Part shown: piece by piece, positions 29,941-40,408 of the stretch
Layout of the letters: each line of letters opens with the position of its first letter
Numbering within the stretch: position 1 is the stretch's first letter
DNA from: a virus
Taxonomy: Duplodnaviria > Caudoviricetes
Reading direction: 5' to 3' (one strand)
DNA: 64,000 nt
Virus record (IMG/VR): IMGVR_UViG_2834443690_000002
Span: 18,098-82,097 of that record
The notes under the pieces: model-generated
Seen by the model: the letters and a program-made list of their open reading frames with translations, nothing else
Database searches by the model: none
What the model was told of the DNA's origin: nothing
Position numbers and translations under genes: made by a program

Positions 29941-30576
29941 ATGAACGGTGCAAACAAAATCTATGGATATGCCAGAGTATCGACTAAAGAGCAGAATTTG
30001 GACAGGCAGATTGCAGAGTTGATGAAATATGTAGCCAACGAAAGGGACATCATTACAGACAAGGCCAGTGGTAAAAACTTTAACCGTTCAGGTTATATGA
30101 TACTTAGAGAAACACTACTTAGGCCAGGAGATACACTCGTTATTAAGGAGCTTGATCGGCTGGGCAGAGATATGTGCATGATAAAAGAAGAATGGAACAC
30201 CTTGATCAAAATGGGGGTTGATATTATCGTTATAGATACCCCCATGCTGAACACTAACGGCAAGGACACTCTTGAAAAGACTTTGATTAGCAATATCGTG
30301 TTTGAGCTTTTGTCGTATATGGCACAGAAGGAACGAGACAAGATTAGATCTAGGCAAGCAGAAGGCATAGCAGCCTTAAGGGCAAGGAACAATGGCAAGG
30401 GCATTGGCAGACCTGTGATTATTGAACTCTCGAACAGGTTTACAGAGGTTTACAATCAATGGAAGGCAGAAGAGATTACAGCAGTAAAAGCAATGGAACT
30501 ATGTGGACTAAGTAAGGCAACGTTCTACAGAAAAGTAAAAGAGTATGAAGCTCAGCAAGCAAAAAAGCAGGGGTAG
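29941..30576 (+). CDS. Small serine recombinase (resolvase/invertase)
   Basis: YGYARVST.EQNLDRQ, LDRLGR, GRP, C-terminal HTH; GGAGG RBS before the ATG at 29941. Confidence 0.93.
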   Translation: MNGANKIYGYARVSTKEQNLDRQIAELMKYVANERDIITDKASGKNFNRSGYMILRETLLRPGDTLVIKELDRLGRDMCMIKEEWNTLIKMGVDIIVIDTPMLNTNGKDTLEKTLISNIVFELLSYMAQKERDKIRSRQAEGIAALRARNNGKGIGRPVIIELSNRFTEVYNQWKAEEITAVKAMELCGLSKATFYRKVKEYEAQQAKKQG

Positions 30577-31197
30577 TACCTGCTTTCTCTAATACATAAA
30601 GACTTTTTAGTCCACTGCCCATATCGAGAAATCCAACGTTCAATTTACCACTTCACAAAAACAATGGACGTTTACGAAAGTGAAGCCACCGTGGGTAAAA
30701 TCATGGGGGTACGTCAAATTGCCTGTGCCTAGTGTAACGACTAAATACACCACATATCTAATATTCTCAATCAGACGGTCCTATCCATTATAATTACTGC
30801 CCTTACCACCAACAAGGCTACCCTATCTGTACAATCCTAGTTGTTAAAAGTGGATATGTAAGATTTTTCATATTTTTTTGTTTAAAAACTCCGGCCCCCC
30901 TGGCTGATAGAACAGTTCTTCCACGACTCACTCACCTATAAAGTCACTTCCGGGCAAACATGCACAATTTTCTTGGGGTGGCTTTTTGGACAAATGGGTC
31001 TATGGTTAACTAAGCAGCTATCGATAAGGCATTCTCCCCTGATGGGGAATGTCTTTTTCAATTAAAGGGATGCCACCGTCAGTATAGAAATGCCCCCCAC
31101 ACTATTTCCCAATAAAAGAAAAAACCTATGTCGATTCTAAATGTACAACCTCGTTGGTATCCATCGTTATATCACATGCCACCCGTTTTAGAACATC

Positions 31198-31833
31198 TTA
31201 ATATTCAATGTCGTCAAACACAACGGGAATTACTTCTTTAAATTTATCCAGCAGTGGTCTTGCAATTTGTCTTATTTGAGGGTGGGCACTTAGTGTTGTT
31301 CTTAATCTGAAAAAATGTCTCCATTCCCTAAGGTTCATAGTCATAACAATTTCGGTCTTAAGACTATTAGGCAATATACTTCGAGCCTGCTGTGGTTCTG
31401 CCCCGAGTTTAATCAGTTCGAAATAATTCTTCTCAATAGTTTCCATTGTGGACTTCCATATTAAGTATTTTTCTTTGCTCTGTTTGCTATCATCCTCCCA
31501 GAAATAAGGTTTGATAAAGGTAAGTTCATTGTTAAATCTATCTTTACTATAATTACAATATCTTGTGCTCTCTTGACTGTAACTTGCAATCCTGTGCCTA
31601 ACGATCTCATGACTGACTCCACGGTCACAGACAACTCTTACTGTTATTTTCTCATGTTCTAGAACAGATTCATGTCCACTCGTTATAATTTTCTTGACGA
31701 AATTCATTGCTGTCACTTCCGAAATTTGGTCCTCACTTTTATAGCAGGTCCTCCCTGCTCGTTCCACTTTTTTAATTAATTCCATTCCATTTATTTGTTC
31801 CTCTAACGTACTGGATGGCTCGATTATTTTCAC
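31198..31833 (-). CDS. thyX: FAD-dependent thymidylate synthase
   Basis: GHESVLEH, HEIVRHRIASYSQESTRY (RHRX7S signature), ARSILP, NLREWRHF, AHPQI. Confidence 0.95.
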   Translation of the reverse strand: MKIIEPSSTLEEQINGMELIKKVERAGRTCYKSEDQISEVTAMNFVKKIITSGHESVLEHEKITVRVVCDRGVSHEIVRHRIASYSQESTRYCNYSKDRFNNELTFIKPYFWEDDSKQSKEKYLIWKSTMETIEKNYFELIKLGAEPQQARSILPNSLKTEIVMTMNLREWRHFFRLRTTLSAHPQIRQIARPLLDKFKEVIPVVFDDIEY

Positions 31834-31845
31834 AAATATTCCTCC

Positions 31846-33507
31846 TTAAGAAATCGGCTTGTTCATATAAAGGTTTATTCCATGTTTTTTGAAAATGCAA
31901 TTGTCACCTTTATTACAAATTTCAACGTCTATTTCTTTATTTAATACAACTAATTTCTTCTTTAAATTTGAATCTAGGCATGAAGTTGAACAAAATATTT
32001 TCTCCCTATAAAAAATAGAGAATATCTCGGTAATATCCTCATCCTTTACCGAGTAGACCTTTTTAAGATCTTCGATTGTATTATTTAAAGTATTCCCAGT
32101 TACTATTACATCAGTAATTAATATAATACTCATATCCTTAGGTATTTCCAAATTTGTTTCATGTTTACTATGATAGGCCTTATATCTCTCTGGTATTATG
32201 TAAGAAAAAGGGTTACCTGTCATAAATCCAATATATGAAGCCATCCGTAACCCATTAATGTCTATACCCAGTAAATAGCAATTATTACCTTGAATCCTAT
32301 TAATAAATTTACTGGTAATCGAATCAAAATATAATGGATTCGTTAACAATTTTGGAACATCAATCCAATCTCTTGCACAGTTATTACCATCTATTTCCCA
32401 ATGCCCACTTTGAATCAATCTATCAGTTATAACCCATTGTGTTATAGTTTTTTGAAATTCGTCATCTAATAGTCTAACTTCATCTGAATTAGTAAAAGAG
32501 TCTGAGACACCATCTACTACTTCGGAACCCCCCCGTTCTTCTTCACTAGCTGTCTTATTCATATTATTATGTTCAATTAATGGATTTAATGGTCTATCCT
32601 TACTTTGAATCTTCTCTAGCAATTCACCAGTTGCTTGAATTTTTATTGTATTGAAATTCCATCCTAATAGAAAGTCTGGAAAGTAGTAGACTATTTTCTT
32701 ATTAAAATCATCTAACTCATTCATAATCTTATCTCGGACTTCAATTAATAAGTCCACATCTGTTTCAAAGTTCCCTTCACTCGTAATTGTTGATTCACGG
32801 GGTAACAATAATATTACATGAGGATCATTTGGATCTATTTTAGGCATATGAAGGATATCACACTTTCTCCAGTGAGGTTCAGATTTTTCCTCCTTCATGT
32901 AACCTTTATGTTCAATTAGGACTCTGTTCGAATTAATATCTAACTCATCAGCTAATCTTAGAAGCCCAGATAAAACTCTTACGTTTATAGGTTCATGCAT
33001 CTTTCCTGGAACAAATTGTTCTTTTGTGGGTAACATATCCATTGTCTTCTGTCCGTTCTGATTTTTTATGTCACTATGGCCAAAAATAACAAAACCAATA
33101 CTATCTGCCTCATCAGGGGTTAAAACCATAGACAAAGCAGAATTAAATTCCTTAACGGTATCAATAACATATTTCATTCCAGCCTGGCTGTGTTCAGGAC
33201 GTTTCAATGGATTGTAGGTCATCATTATGTCGTGCAAAATTACTGCTACATCTAAGATAAATAAGTGTTCAGTATTAATTGAACGATAAGAAGAATCAGG
33301 GATTAACCAGCTTAAAATATTATAGATGTTTACACAATGTCCTGAATAATCATGTGGAGTCATTGTTACTCCTTCTTCTTGTATTAACGGCCCTTTATCT
33401 AATTTGGGGGCATAAACATCTCGGACTATTTTCCACCTGTGAAAATAATCTCCTGTCTCCTTAAGTTTAGAAATACATTTATAACTCACTTCAATAGGTT
33501 CTTGCAT
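31846..33507 (-). CDS. HD-domain (HD-CE-like) plus C-terminal type I phosphoribosyltransferase fusion
   Basis: TPH...H...ILHDI...H...GH...LLRLADELD; C-terminal SGHW...WID and IILITDVIVTGNT PRPP-binding loop. Confidence 0.8.
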   Translation of the reverse strand: MQEPIEVSYKCISKLKETGDYFHRWKIVRDVYAPKLDKGPLIQEEGVTMTPHDYSGHCVNIYNILSWLIPDSSYRSINTEHLFILDVAVILHDIMMTYNPLKRPEHSQAGMKYVIDTVKEFNSALSMVLTPDEADSIGFVIFGHSDIKNQNGQKTMDMLPTKEQFVPGKMHEPINVRVLSGLLRLADELDINSNRVLIEHKGYMKEEKSEPHWRKCDILHMPKIDPNDPHVILLLPRESTITSEGNFETDVDLLIEVRDKIMNELDDFNKKIVYYFPDFLLGWNFNTIKIQATGELLEKIQSKDRPLNPLIEHNNMNKTASEEERGGSEVVDGVSDSFTNSDEVRLLDDEFQKTITQWVITDRLIQSGHWEIDGNNCARDWIDVPKLLTNPLYFDSITSKFINRIQGNNCYLLGIDINGLRMASYIGFMTGNPFSYIIPERYKAYHSKHETNLEIPKDMSIILITDVIVTGNTLNNTIEDLKKVYSVKDEDITEIFSIFYREKIFCSTSCLDSNLKKKLVVLNKEIDVEICNKGDNCIFKKHGINLYMNKPIS

Positions 33508-33509
33508 TG

Positions 33510-34496
33510 TTACCCCTCACCAGCTTCAATATGTTCTCTTTTTTCAAAGTAAACCTCATAGCTAAGATTACAATCTGTATTAATATCTATTAAAGAAAAA
33601 ACTTTATGCTTATTTTCACGATCTTCAAATCTATATTTAGCCACTCCAACAGCCCCGACGAGATCTGCATCTTTAGTATTTACGACAGTTTTAGTTATTT
33701 TAAACTCCGTGCCTAAGCAAATAAAATCATATATAAAAAGGTATCTTTTTTTGGGTATAATACTATTCAATAATTCTTTATCCCTAATAGTCAGATGAGG
33801 TCCCAGATTCATTAAATACAGAACATCTTTATTTAATATCTTTCCAATAATTGTCGATAAAGCAGATCCGTTATTACTTGAACTAACCAAAGCATCAAAT
33901 CGTTTATTAAAGTGAGTTACTACAAGGTTACATAATTCATAGATTATTAGACTGTACATCTTTCGATTGTTAAATATCTTTTTTATATCTACATACATGT
34001 TGCTATAAACACTTGAAGATTCTAAAAATTGTTCTTCCATAATAACAATTTCTTTAACATAAAGCCCAATTATCTTTTTTTTATAATCTATTATATATTC
34101 TTGATAGTTACCAATTGAATCAATAAATTCAATTCCTATGTGATTTGAAAGAGCAGTTTTCGTTTTATCATAAATTACTAGCCCATAACAATCAGCATTA
34201 TGAATGAAGTTCGATATTCTATTGTTAAGATTAACAAAAATAATAGTCTTTTCAGTACTGCTTAAAATATCTGCAAATATTTCAAAGACCCTCGATTCAG
34301 TCATTTTGATTCTACAAAAATCCAAAAAGTAATACTTTGCTTTAGTTTTGCTGACTTCTTCAAAGATACTTTCTACAAGTGAAAGGTTGACATAATCTTT
34401 TTCAAAGTTTATTTCACCCTGAAAGAAAATTGTATTTAAATGCAAAGGTATGTAAATGCAATTATTAGAAAAACCGTAAGATAATAACATTTTCAC
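33510..34496 (-). CDS. STAS-like plus PyrE-like phosphoribosyltransferase protein
   Basis: N-terminal FLDFCRIKMTES; C-terminal FLESSSVYSNMYVDIK and YLFIYDFICLGTE. Confidence 0.7.
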   Translation of the reverse strand: MKMLLSYGFSNNCIYIPLHLNTIFFQGEINFEKDYVNLSLVESIFEEVSKTKAKYYFLDFCRIKMTESRVFEIFADILSSTEKTIIFVNLNNRISNFIHNADCYGLVIYDKTKTALSNHIGIEFIDSIGNYQEYIIDYKKKIIGLYVKEIVIMEEQFLESSSVYSNMYVDIKKIFNNRKMYSLIIYELCNLVVTHFNKRFDALVSSSNNGSALSTIIGKILNKDVLYLMNLGPHLTIRDKELLNSIIPKKRYLFIYDFICLGTEFKITKTVVNTKDADLVGAVGVAKYRFEDRENKHKVFSLIDINTDCNLSYEVYFEKREHIEAGEG

Positions 34497-35509
34497 TCAT
34501 CCATTCTTAAAGGTATTTCTATTTCTAAATGGCAGCCCTTTAAACGACTCTCATTTTTCCTAAAAGGAGAAAATTGCATATCTGATTTTTTATTTGCTAA
34601 TTTAATATAATCGAGATATTCATCCAATTCATTTGGATTATTAATATATCTTAAAAATGTATTCTTTGTAAATATTAATTGAGTATCCTCGGAATGGACT
34701 CTAATAACTCCATCTTGTTCAAAGACGTATTTAAACACTTGAAAAATACCATATTCATCATTTTTCTTTCTATAAAAAATGGCTTCTAAAATACCAAATA
34801 AATTTTTATGTTTGTCAATATCTAACAAAGTATATTGTGATTTAGAGATGAAATTCAACTCATTAATTTTAGAAAGCTGTTTTAGAATTGAATTATAATA
34901 CCCTATACCATAATCACTAATGGAAATGTATGCTTTCTTATGCTTTATATTACTGCCTATATTAGACTGGAAGGTTGATATGCATCTACTTCCACTATGA
35001 ATACAGGCATTGCAGCAAATTTCTGTAAGAGTATTTAGTAAATCATCTAGAGTGTTCTCGGAATACTTTTCTTCGATAAGTAGTTTAATAGATTTATTAA
35101 GAGTATATCTAATATCCCCTTTAGTTGCCCCCGGTTCGAAAATAAATGTCTTGCAAGCATGATTAATCTTTCCTGACTCATAACCACCAATTAATCTTTC
35201 ATCTAAATTAAAAATCTTATATTTTCGTACTATTGCAAAGAAGCCTATATCATCTAAGTAAGATAGTAGTTCTGGCTTCCAAGGAATGTATAGCTCCACA
35301 GGCTTTACAAAATATTCTTTCAGTATGAATCCTACTGCAATAATATTAGGGATCACCAATGGATTAATGAAATTTACGTTGGAAAAATCCAGAAGGAGAC
35401 TTTTTGATAATTTCCTTTCAAAATAAATGTGTAGTTGTGGTAGAATTTTACTATAGAAACTATAAGAAGTAACGTTTTCATCAAAATCAACAAGATAATA
35501 TTCTTCCAT
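34493..35509 (-). CDS. STAS plus GHKL ATPase (anti-sigma kinase-like) protein
   Basis: LLLDFSNVNFINP; N-box EICCNACIHS, G1 box ISDYGIG, YGI, terminal GCHLEIEIP. Confidence 0.8.
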   Translation of the reverse strand: MEEYYLVDFDENVTSYSFYSKILPQLHIYFERKLSKSLLLDFSNVNFINPLVIPNIIAVGFILKEYFVKPVELYIPWKPELLSYLDDIGFFAIVRKYKIFNLDERLIGGYESGKINHACKTFIFEPGATKGDIRYTLNKSIKLLIEEKYSENTLDDLLNTLTEICCNACIHSGSRCISTFQSNIGSNIKHKKAYISISDYGIGYYNSILKQLSKINELNFISKSQYTLLDIDKHKNLFGILEAIFYRKKNDEYGIFQVFKYVFEQDGVIRVHSEDTQLIFTKNTFLRYINNPNELDEYLDYIKLANKKSDMQFSPFRKNESRLKGCHLEIEIPLRMDE

Positions 35510-35545
35510 TAAAACACCCTTTTCAAAAATACACTTATTATGGCT

Positions 35546-35573
35546 ATTCTTCTTTTAATTGAAAAAATCCTGC
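35546..35573 (-). promoter_or_regulatory. SigH-like promoter of the four-gene operon
   Basis: GCAGGATTT-N14-AGAAT, 36 bp upstream of the ATG at 35509. Confidence 0.6.
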
Positions 35574-35983
35574 CAGTTAAAGAAGAACATTCCAGGAAAA
35601 CAATAAAATGTGACATAGGCACCCCTTCCTAAGAAACACTCCCTATGCCATATTGCCTATACTTGATGCAGGGAACCCACGTTCACTAATGTTTAGATAC
35701 GACTCTTCTCGATCTTGTTGGAAGTGCAGGCTTCACTTGTACTATGAACGTATATAGAGCCACCCCTTTGAGGTTATTTCGAACGTTGAAAGGTGGGGTT
35801 CTGTAATTTCTAAAAATACTTTGGCTTAGAATCTGCCAAATCCCACGGCAGTCCTACATTTCATTTGCTCCCCAGCAGAAAAACTAGTCACCTCCTAGCA
35901 CTGTTAGCTTGAGGGTGACTTGAAGTATTTTATGACATATCAAGAACTTCTTGAAACTCAGCAGAAGAAAAGTTCCTGATGCA

Positions 35984-36835
35984 TTATATTTCTGACAATC
36001 GTCTTGACACTCTCTCAAATTCAAAAACAATGTTCCACGGTTCAAAATGAGTTAGTTTAGATGTGAGCTGTATAGTACTGTTAATTTTAATATAAAGTGA
36101 ATTAATATCTTCATAAGAATAATTATCCACATCTTTATATTCTATTTTTATATCAAAGAGTTTAAATCTACCATTTACAGCATAATTATTATTAATGGGG
36201 TTTTTCATTTCAATATTCTTCTTGTAGCAATACAAAAGATTGCATAAGAATCCTTCCAACCAAGGTTCTGGTGGTGGTAATATTACATTATCTCCCTGTT
36301 TTATAAGACTCTTTTTAAAGTAATCCTTATTATCTTTAGAATATGAATTGTATATGTTATTGTAATCTTCTTCACTTACTTTTAGCAATTTTACACTATT
36401 CAAGAAATCTTCTAAATTAGTTATTGATACTTTTAAATTTAATGCAGGGTATAACCCAACATTGTTCAATTCTAATGAAAAACTCTTTTCAGCTTCATTA
36501 ACATCGTCATCAGTTTTACAATCCTTATCAAGGAAATAATTACAAATACCAAATAAATTCAAATAATAGTAAGTCGAAAAGTCATTAAAATAAAGAAGTG
36601 GTCTATGATCTTCTTTAACTCTAATAATTGTGAAGTATATAGTTATTAACGTTGCTAATCCACCAATTGCTCCTCCAAAATAGCCAGTTAATGATTGAAA
36701 CATTGATGGATTATCACCAGCCGATGGTATGAAGTTAGTAATCAATACTAGAAAATTTAATATAAAGGGTAAAATAATTATTACCCCCAAAAAAATAAAG
36801 ATCATATTTTTAAATCTTTTATCCATTCCATCCAA
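35984..36835 (-). CDS. Hypothetical protein with two N-terminal TM helices
   Basis: Hydrophobic N-terminus, GYFGGAIGG, NVGLYPA motif; AT-rich. Confidence 0.7.
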   Translation of the reverse strand: MDGMDKRFKNMIFIFLGVIIILPFILNFLVLITNFIPSAGDNPSMFQSLTGYFGGAIGGLATLITIYFTIIRVKEDHRPLLYFNDFSTYYYLNLFGICNYFLDKDCKTDDDVNEAEKSFSLELNNVGLYPALNLKVSITNLEDFLNSVKLLKVSEEDYNNIYNSYSKDNKDYFKKSLIKQGDNVILPPPEPWLEGFLCNLLYCYKKNIEMKNPINNNYAVNGRFKLFDIKIEYKDVDNYSYEDINSLYIKINSTIQLTSKLTHFEPWNIVFEFERVSRRLSEI

Positions 36836-37018
36836 TTGCAGCCCCCCCTCATCGAATGTTCATGTTTATTCTTAAACATTCCACATGTTTCCAATAATTC
36901 CTTCTTATAATAAAAAGAGCCGGTACGATCACGTATGATCCACCCTGGCTCTTTAGTTTTATCTTTATATGGGTCCGATGTCACGATTAAAATGATTGCA
37001 ACCTAAAATATTTCATAT

Positions 37019-37666
37019 CTAGTTTACCTTATAAACCCATTTCGTTTGTGAATACTTTTCTTTTAACTGCTCAAGATCAAAGTCCAATGACATCTCATTT
37101 CCCAAATCCTTTATGACTCCCCATAAACCATTTTTATTGTCGGGGAATCCACTCATATAACTGTTAAATGGAATATTAGTTAGCATTTGAGCAGTGGGGT
37201 CTAACCCTTCAAATTTTATTCCATAAATCCCTTTTGTTTGTTCTTTCGTGTCAATATCATACCCTTTAATAACTGGGGCAAACATCATTCCATAATCAAG
37301 GTTTTTATAAACAGATACATCAAATATTTTATCCTCAACCTCAACCCAAGAATGATCAAAAAAGCCTCGATCACCCCTAACTTCACCTACACAAAGAGTG
37401 GGACTAAGTCCTATCTCACTTAGCAGCACATATAATACTGATGACACTGCATGACAAGCCCCTGCCCAATTTTTCCTTTCAATATATTCCAGTGTGGTGA
37501 AAAAAACTGCTAGAATGGAATCCCTTTGTGGTTCATTAGCCAAAATCTCTAAGGCATTAACCTTCCATGTTGCAAACTTGTCTGACTCTGGCTTGTTCAG
37601 ACAACAATGTTTGTATTTTTTGCCACTTCCACACGGGCAAGATTCATTTCTTCCAACGTTGCTCAT
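37019..37666 (-). CDS. SEC-C motif plus transglutaminase/papain-like domain protein
   Basis: GRNESCPCGSGKKYKHCC; GACH...HSWVE...IFD putative Cys-His-Asp triad. Confidence 0.75.
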   Translation of the reverse strand: MSNVGRNESCPCGSGKKYKHCCLNKPESDKFATWKVNALEILANEPQRDSILAVFFTTLEYIERKNWAGACHAVSSVLYVLLSEIGLSPTLCVGEVRGDRGFFDHSWVEVEDKIFDVSVYKNLDYGMMFAPVIKGYDIDTKEQTKGIYGIKFEGLDPTAQMLTNIPFNSYMSGFPDNKNGLWGVIKDLGNEMSLDFDLEQLKEKYSQTKWVYKVN

Positions 37667-37726
37667 TCAATTCTCACCTTCAATCACAATTTAATATGTA
37701 AGACATTCTTTTCACTAAACTTACAT

Positions 37727-37753
37727 ATTCAACATAAGCCTACATAAACCTGC
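37727..37753 (-). promoter_or_regulatory. SigH-like promoter
   Basis: GCAGGTTTA-N13-TGAAT. Confidence 0.45.
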
Positions 37754-37944
37754 AAATAATCAGGGATTTAGGATGTTAATATGACGTAAAAAAGATGCCC
37801 GTGATCGGACATCTAGCAAATAAATACTTCTACTTTGATTTTCCGTCCTAACAAGACACTCTATCAATACTATTGTCACTTATAATGACGTAAAAACCTT
37901 TTAGCTACTTCTACTTGACTCGTTAGAACTACGAGGTTACCTAG

Positions 37945-38445
37945 TCAATTAGAACTTGGCCAAGGCAGTTCTATTGTTGGATCAAAGCATAACTCATCAT
38001 AGATACCGTCAAATCTTAGTACATGGTTACCCTGGAAGTGGCTGGTTCTCTGTTTACTCATAAGATCACTAAAATAATCCGGTTTAAAATTATGTTTATT
38101 GCAGAATGACCAGGACTCATACGTGTTAGCACACTCAACCATGATACCTTCAAATCCTTTTTTAGCTCCGTAATCTTTAAGGATATTCAGAATCAAAGTT
38201 CCCTGGCCCACCCTTTGGTTCCTAAGAGAAATGGTGGAAATAATGAGATATCGAGAGTCCCTTTTGAGATATATTTCCGACCCAATATCCCCCTGAAAAA
38301 AAACATCTTTACCATATGGAGTCTCTGTTATTACGGGTACTTTCCCTGAATCGTTTTGAATTATTGTTTTAATCTCTTGTAATTCGTCAGGGCTGATCTT
38401 AATCTTTTTTGTTTCCCTACAACGTATTCTCAAATCCTCTTTCAC
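37945..38445 (-). CDS. GNAT-family acetyltransferase
   Basis: QRVGQGT acetyl-CoA-binding motif; SFCNKHNF. Confidence 0.7.
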   Translation of the reverse strand: MKEDLRIRCRETKKIKISPDELQEIKTIIQNDSGKVPVITETPYGKDVFFQGDIGSEIYLKRDSRYLIISTISLRNQRVGQGTLILNILKDYGAKKGFEGIMVECANTYESWSFCNKHNFKPDYFSDLMSKQRTSHFQGNHVLRFDGIYDELCFDPTIELPWPSSN

Positions 38446-38522
38446 CGTTCAGAACCTCACTTTATATTACTTCTTTTTTGTAAATAGGCTTGCTTATATA
38501 TCACAAGCCCCTTTGCAATTGA

Positions 38523-39164
38523 TCATGAATGGAAGACTTCATTTTCGGGCACTTGCTCTACCTCCAATATTGTCTCTACCAATTCAGTTAATCTATTTAC
38601 TTCCTCAACGTCTTCAGCATCAATTAGCCAATAAATGGAGAAGAACTCCTTAACTTTGCTGATAGACATATAGTTATAACCAAACCCCATTGATACAGAC
38701 GTGTCAATATCATATATATTTGAAATTTCTTCATAGTCAAGTTCTTTGGTGTATCTAATACCATTTTCCACTAAGTAAATTCTAAATCTCTCACCGAAAG
38801 TCCCTGGTCTAAGAAGATCTTCCTTATAGAAATGAACAAATTGCTTATAAAGTTTTTGAAGTTGCCCAGGTTCGAAGGCTTTAAACTTATAGAACCTAGT
38901 GATCTCTACATTTCTAAGCCTTTTCTCATTTTTCTGAGTAGGTTCTGAATCGGATACTTTCACGACATTGCTTAGAGTATATATTTTTGCAGTCTTTTCC
39001 ACTTTAGCACCGATCAACTCTTTATCACCGGCTAAAGCAATATTTTCCTTATTCATCTGGTCAATTAGGGACGAAGCAAACTCAATAACCTTATAAAGCT
39101 GTCGTGTAGACATCGAATTGGCAATAATGTTAAGTTTGTCCCGAAGTTCATCCTCAGATGTCAT
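38523..39164 (-). CDS. Hypothetical protein
   Basis: GGGAGG RBS; 213-aa ORF. Confidence 0.65.
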   Translation of the reverse strand: MTSEDELRDKLNIIANSMSTRQLYKVIEFASSLIDQMNKENIALAGDKELIGAKVEKTAKIYTLSNVVKVSDSEPTQKNEKRLRNVEITRFYKFKAFEPGQLQKLYKQFVHFYKEDLLRPGTFGERFRIYLVENGIRYTKELDYEEISNIYDIDTSVSMGFGYNYMSISKVKEFFSIYWLIDAEDVEEVNRLTELVETILEVEQVPENEVFHS

Positions 39165-39189
39165 CTAATAACCTCCCAATAATAGCAAA

Positions 39190-39417
39190 TTAACGGTCGT
39201 TCTGTTCTGCATGAGCCGTCAATTCTTCTGCAACGACCTTAACGTCCTTGGATACATGCTCAATCAGTATTGTCAGCTTGTCCACTTTCTGATCTAAGCC
39301 CTCAACTTTCTGGTCTAAACTACCCAACTTCTGATTTACCTCGACTATATCAGCCTTGATGCCATCTAATTCTCCCAACTTTGACAAAACTAATCTTTGA
39401 AATTCCCCGTTATCCAT
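39190..39417 (-). CDS. Short coiled-coil phage-type protein
   Basis: GGAGG RBS before MDNGEFQ; heptad LDQKV repeats. Confidence 0.5.
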   Translation of the reverse strand: MDNGEFQRLVLSKLGELDGIKADIVEVNQKLGSLDQKVEGLDQKVDKLTILIEHVSKDVKVVAEELTAHAEQNDR

Positions 39418-39603
39418 TAGGTTTCCTCCCATTATGCTCTTACAGGCATACAACCCTATATGATCACAAAGTTACAAGACACTTCTTCTTAACTTGAGTC
39501 CCATAAGAATTTTCACCTACTGTTGAATCGAGACGGCCTATTCAATTTCGGCAATAAGTTTGAAAACCCTTCTCAAGTTGCATCAAATTACCAATTGGGA
39601 ATA

Positions 39604-40090
39604 AGTGGATTTCAGCTCGTTTTTGTGTAATTAGATTGTGAAGGGGGAACTAACGATGACGGAAAAGAGAAATATTTCAACATTGGGCAATCTCAAAATA
39701 ATGCCTAGTATTCGTAGGAATTGCTGTGCAGGTTCTGGATAGATTATTTCTTGCTCACCTTCATACTTTAACGAAGCACTAATTAATCTGCCTAAAACTA
39801 CCAATCAAAAAAGAGTGAATTTCGGGTCGTATTACACCAATTAACCAATGAAAGGATTAATTGACCTTGTTGATTGTGTTTCACCATTAATTACCAAGAG
39901 GAAATGAGTGAATTTCGAACCGTTTCCCACCAATTAACTTATGAAGGGGTAATTAAACAATGATAAAAGGAGAATTCCATATGACAAAGAAAGAACGTGC
40001 TTCCCCTACAACTAAAACGTCCCCAAAAGTGTTATGTATTCCAAGTGAATTTTGGCCTAATATTGTTTAATTAACTTACGAGAGGGTTTA
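39604..40090 (+). repeat. Four dispersed ~45-bp imperfect direct repeats
   Basis: AGTG(A/G)ATTT(C/T)-N15-AATTA...GAAGGGG-like units at about 39604, 39814, 39907 and 40044. Confidence 0.65.
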
Positions 40091-40408
40091 TCAAATTACA
40101 CGAAAGGAGCCAAGGATGATTTAACAGGCATGTGCTTATCCTTTTTCAAAACAATGACTCCATAGTTTATTGTAACTTATATAAAGGGTAGATGCTTCCC
40201 GGAATTTGGACAAATAGTTTTTAGCTAAGGCAACCCCCAATCCTTAATAGAAATTTAAATCAAAACTTCATATTGTTAGGCAATGAATATTCGAACAGCC
40301 TAATTAACAGCAAACCGTGTGGATTTGGACCAGACGGATTTTTTGTTGTCCTCTTTCCAGACCAATCCAAAATCCGAATCTTAAAACCTCAAAAATCATA
40401 AAAGGAGA

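Noticed and set aside
30860-30950. T-rich tract plus CCGGCCCCCC as a cos/pac packaging signal for element 2
   Set aside because: Only a vague resemblance; I could not see a match to the region upstream of prophage 1 terS (12270-12370)
31198-31833. thyX as the ordinary housekeeping gene
   Set aside because: It lies between att repeats in a mobile element and only 12 bp downstream of non-housekeeping genes; whether another copy exists cannot be seen here
39604-40090. Dispersed repeats as a degenerate CRISPR array
   Set aside because: Spacing between units is irregular (about 90-210 bp) and the repeat centre is variable; kept instead as a promoter-like array
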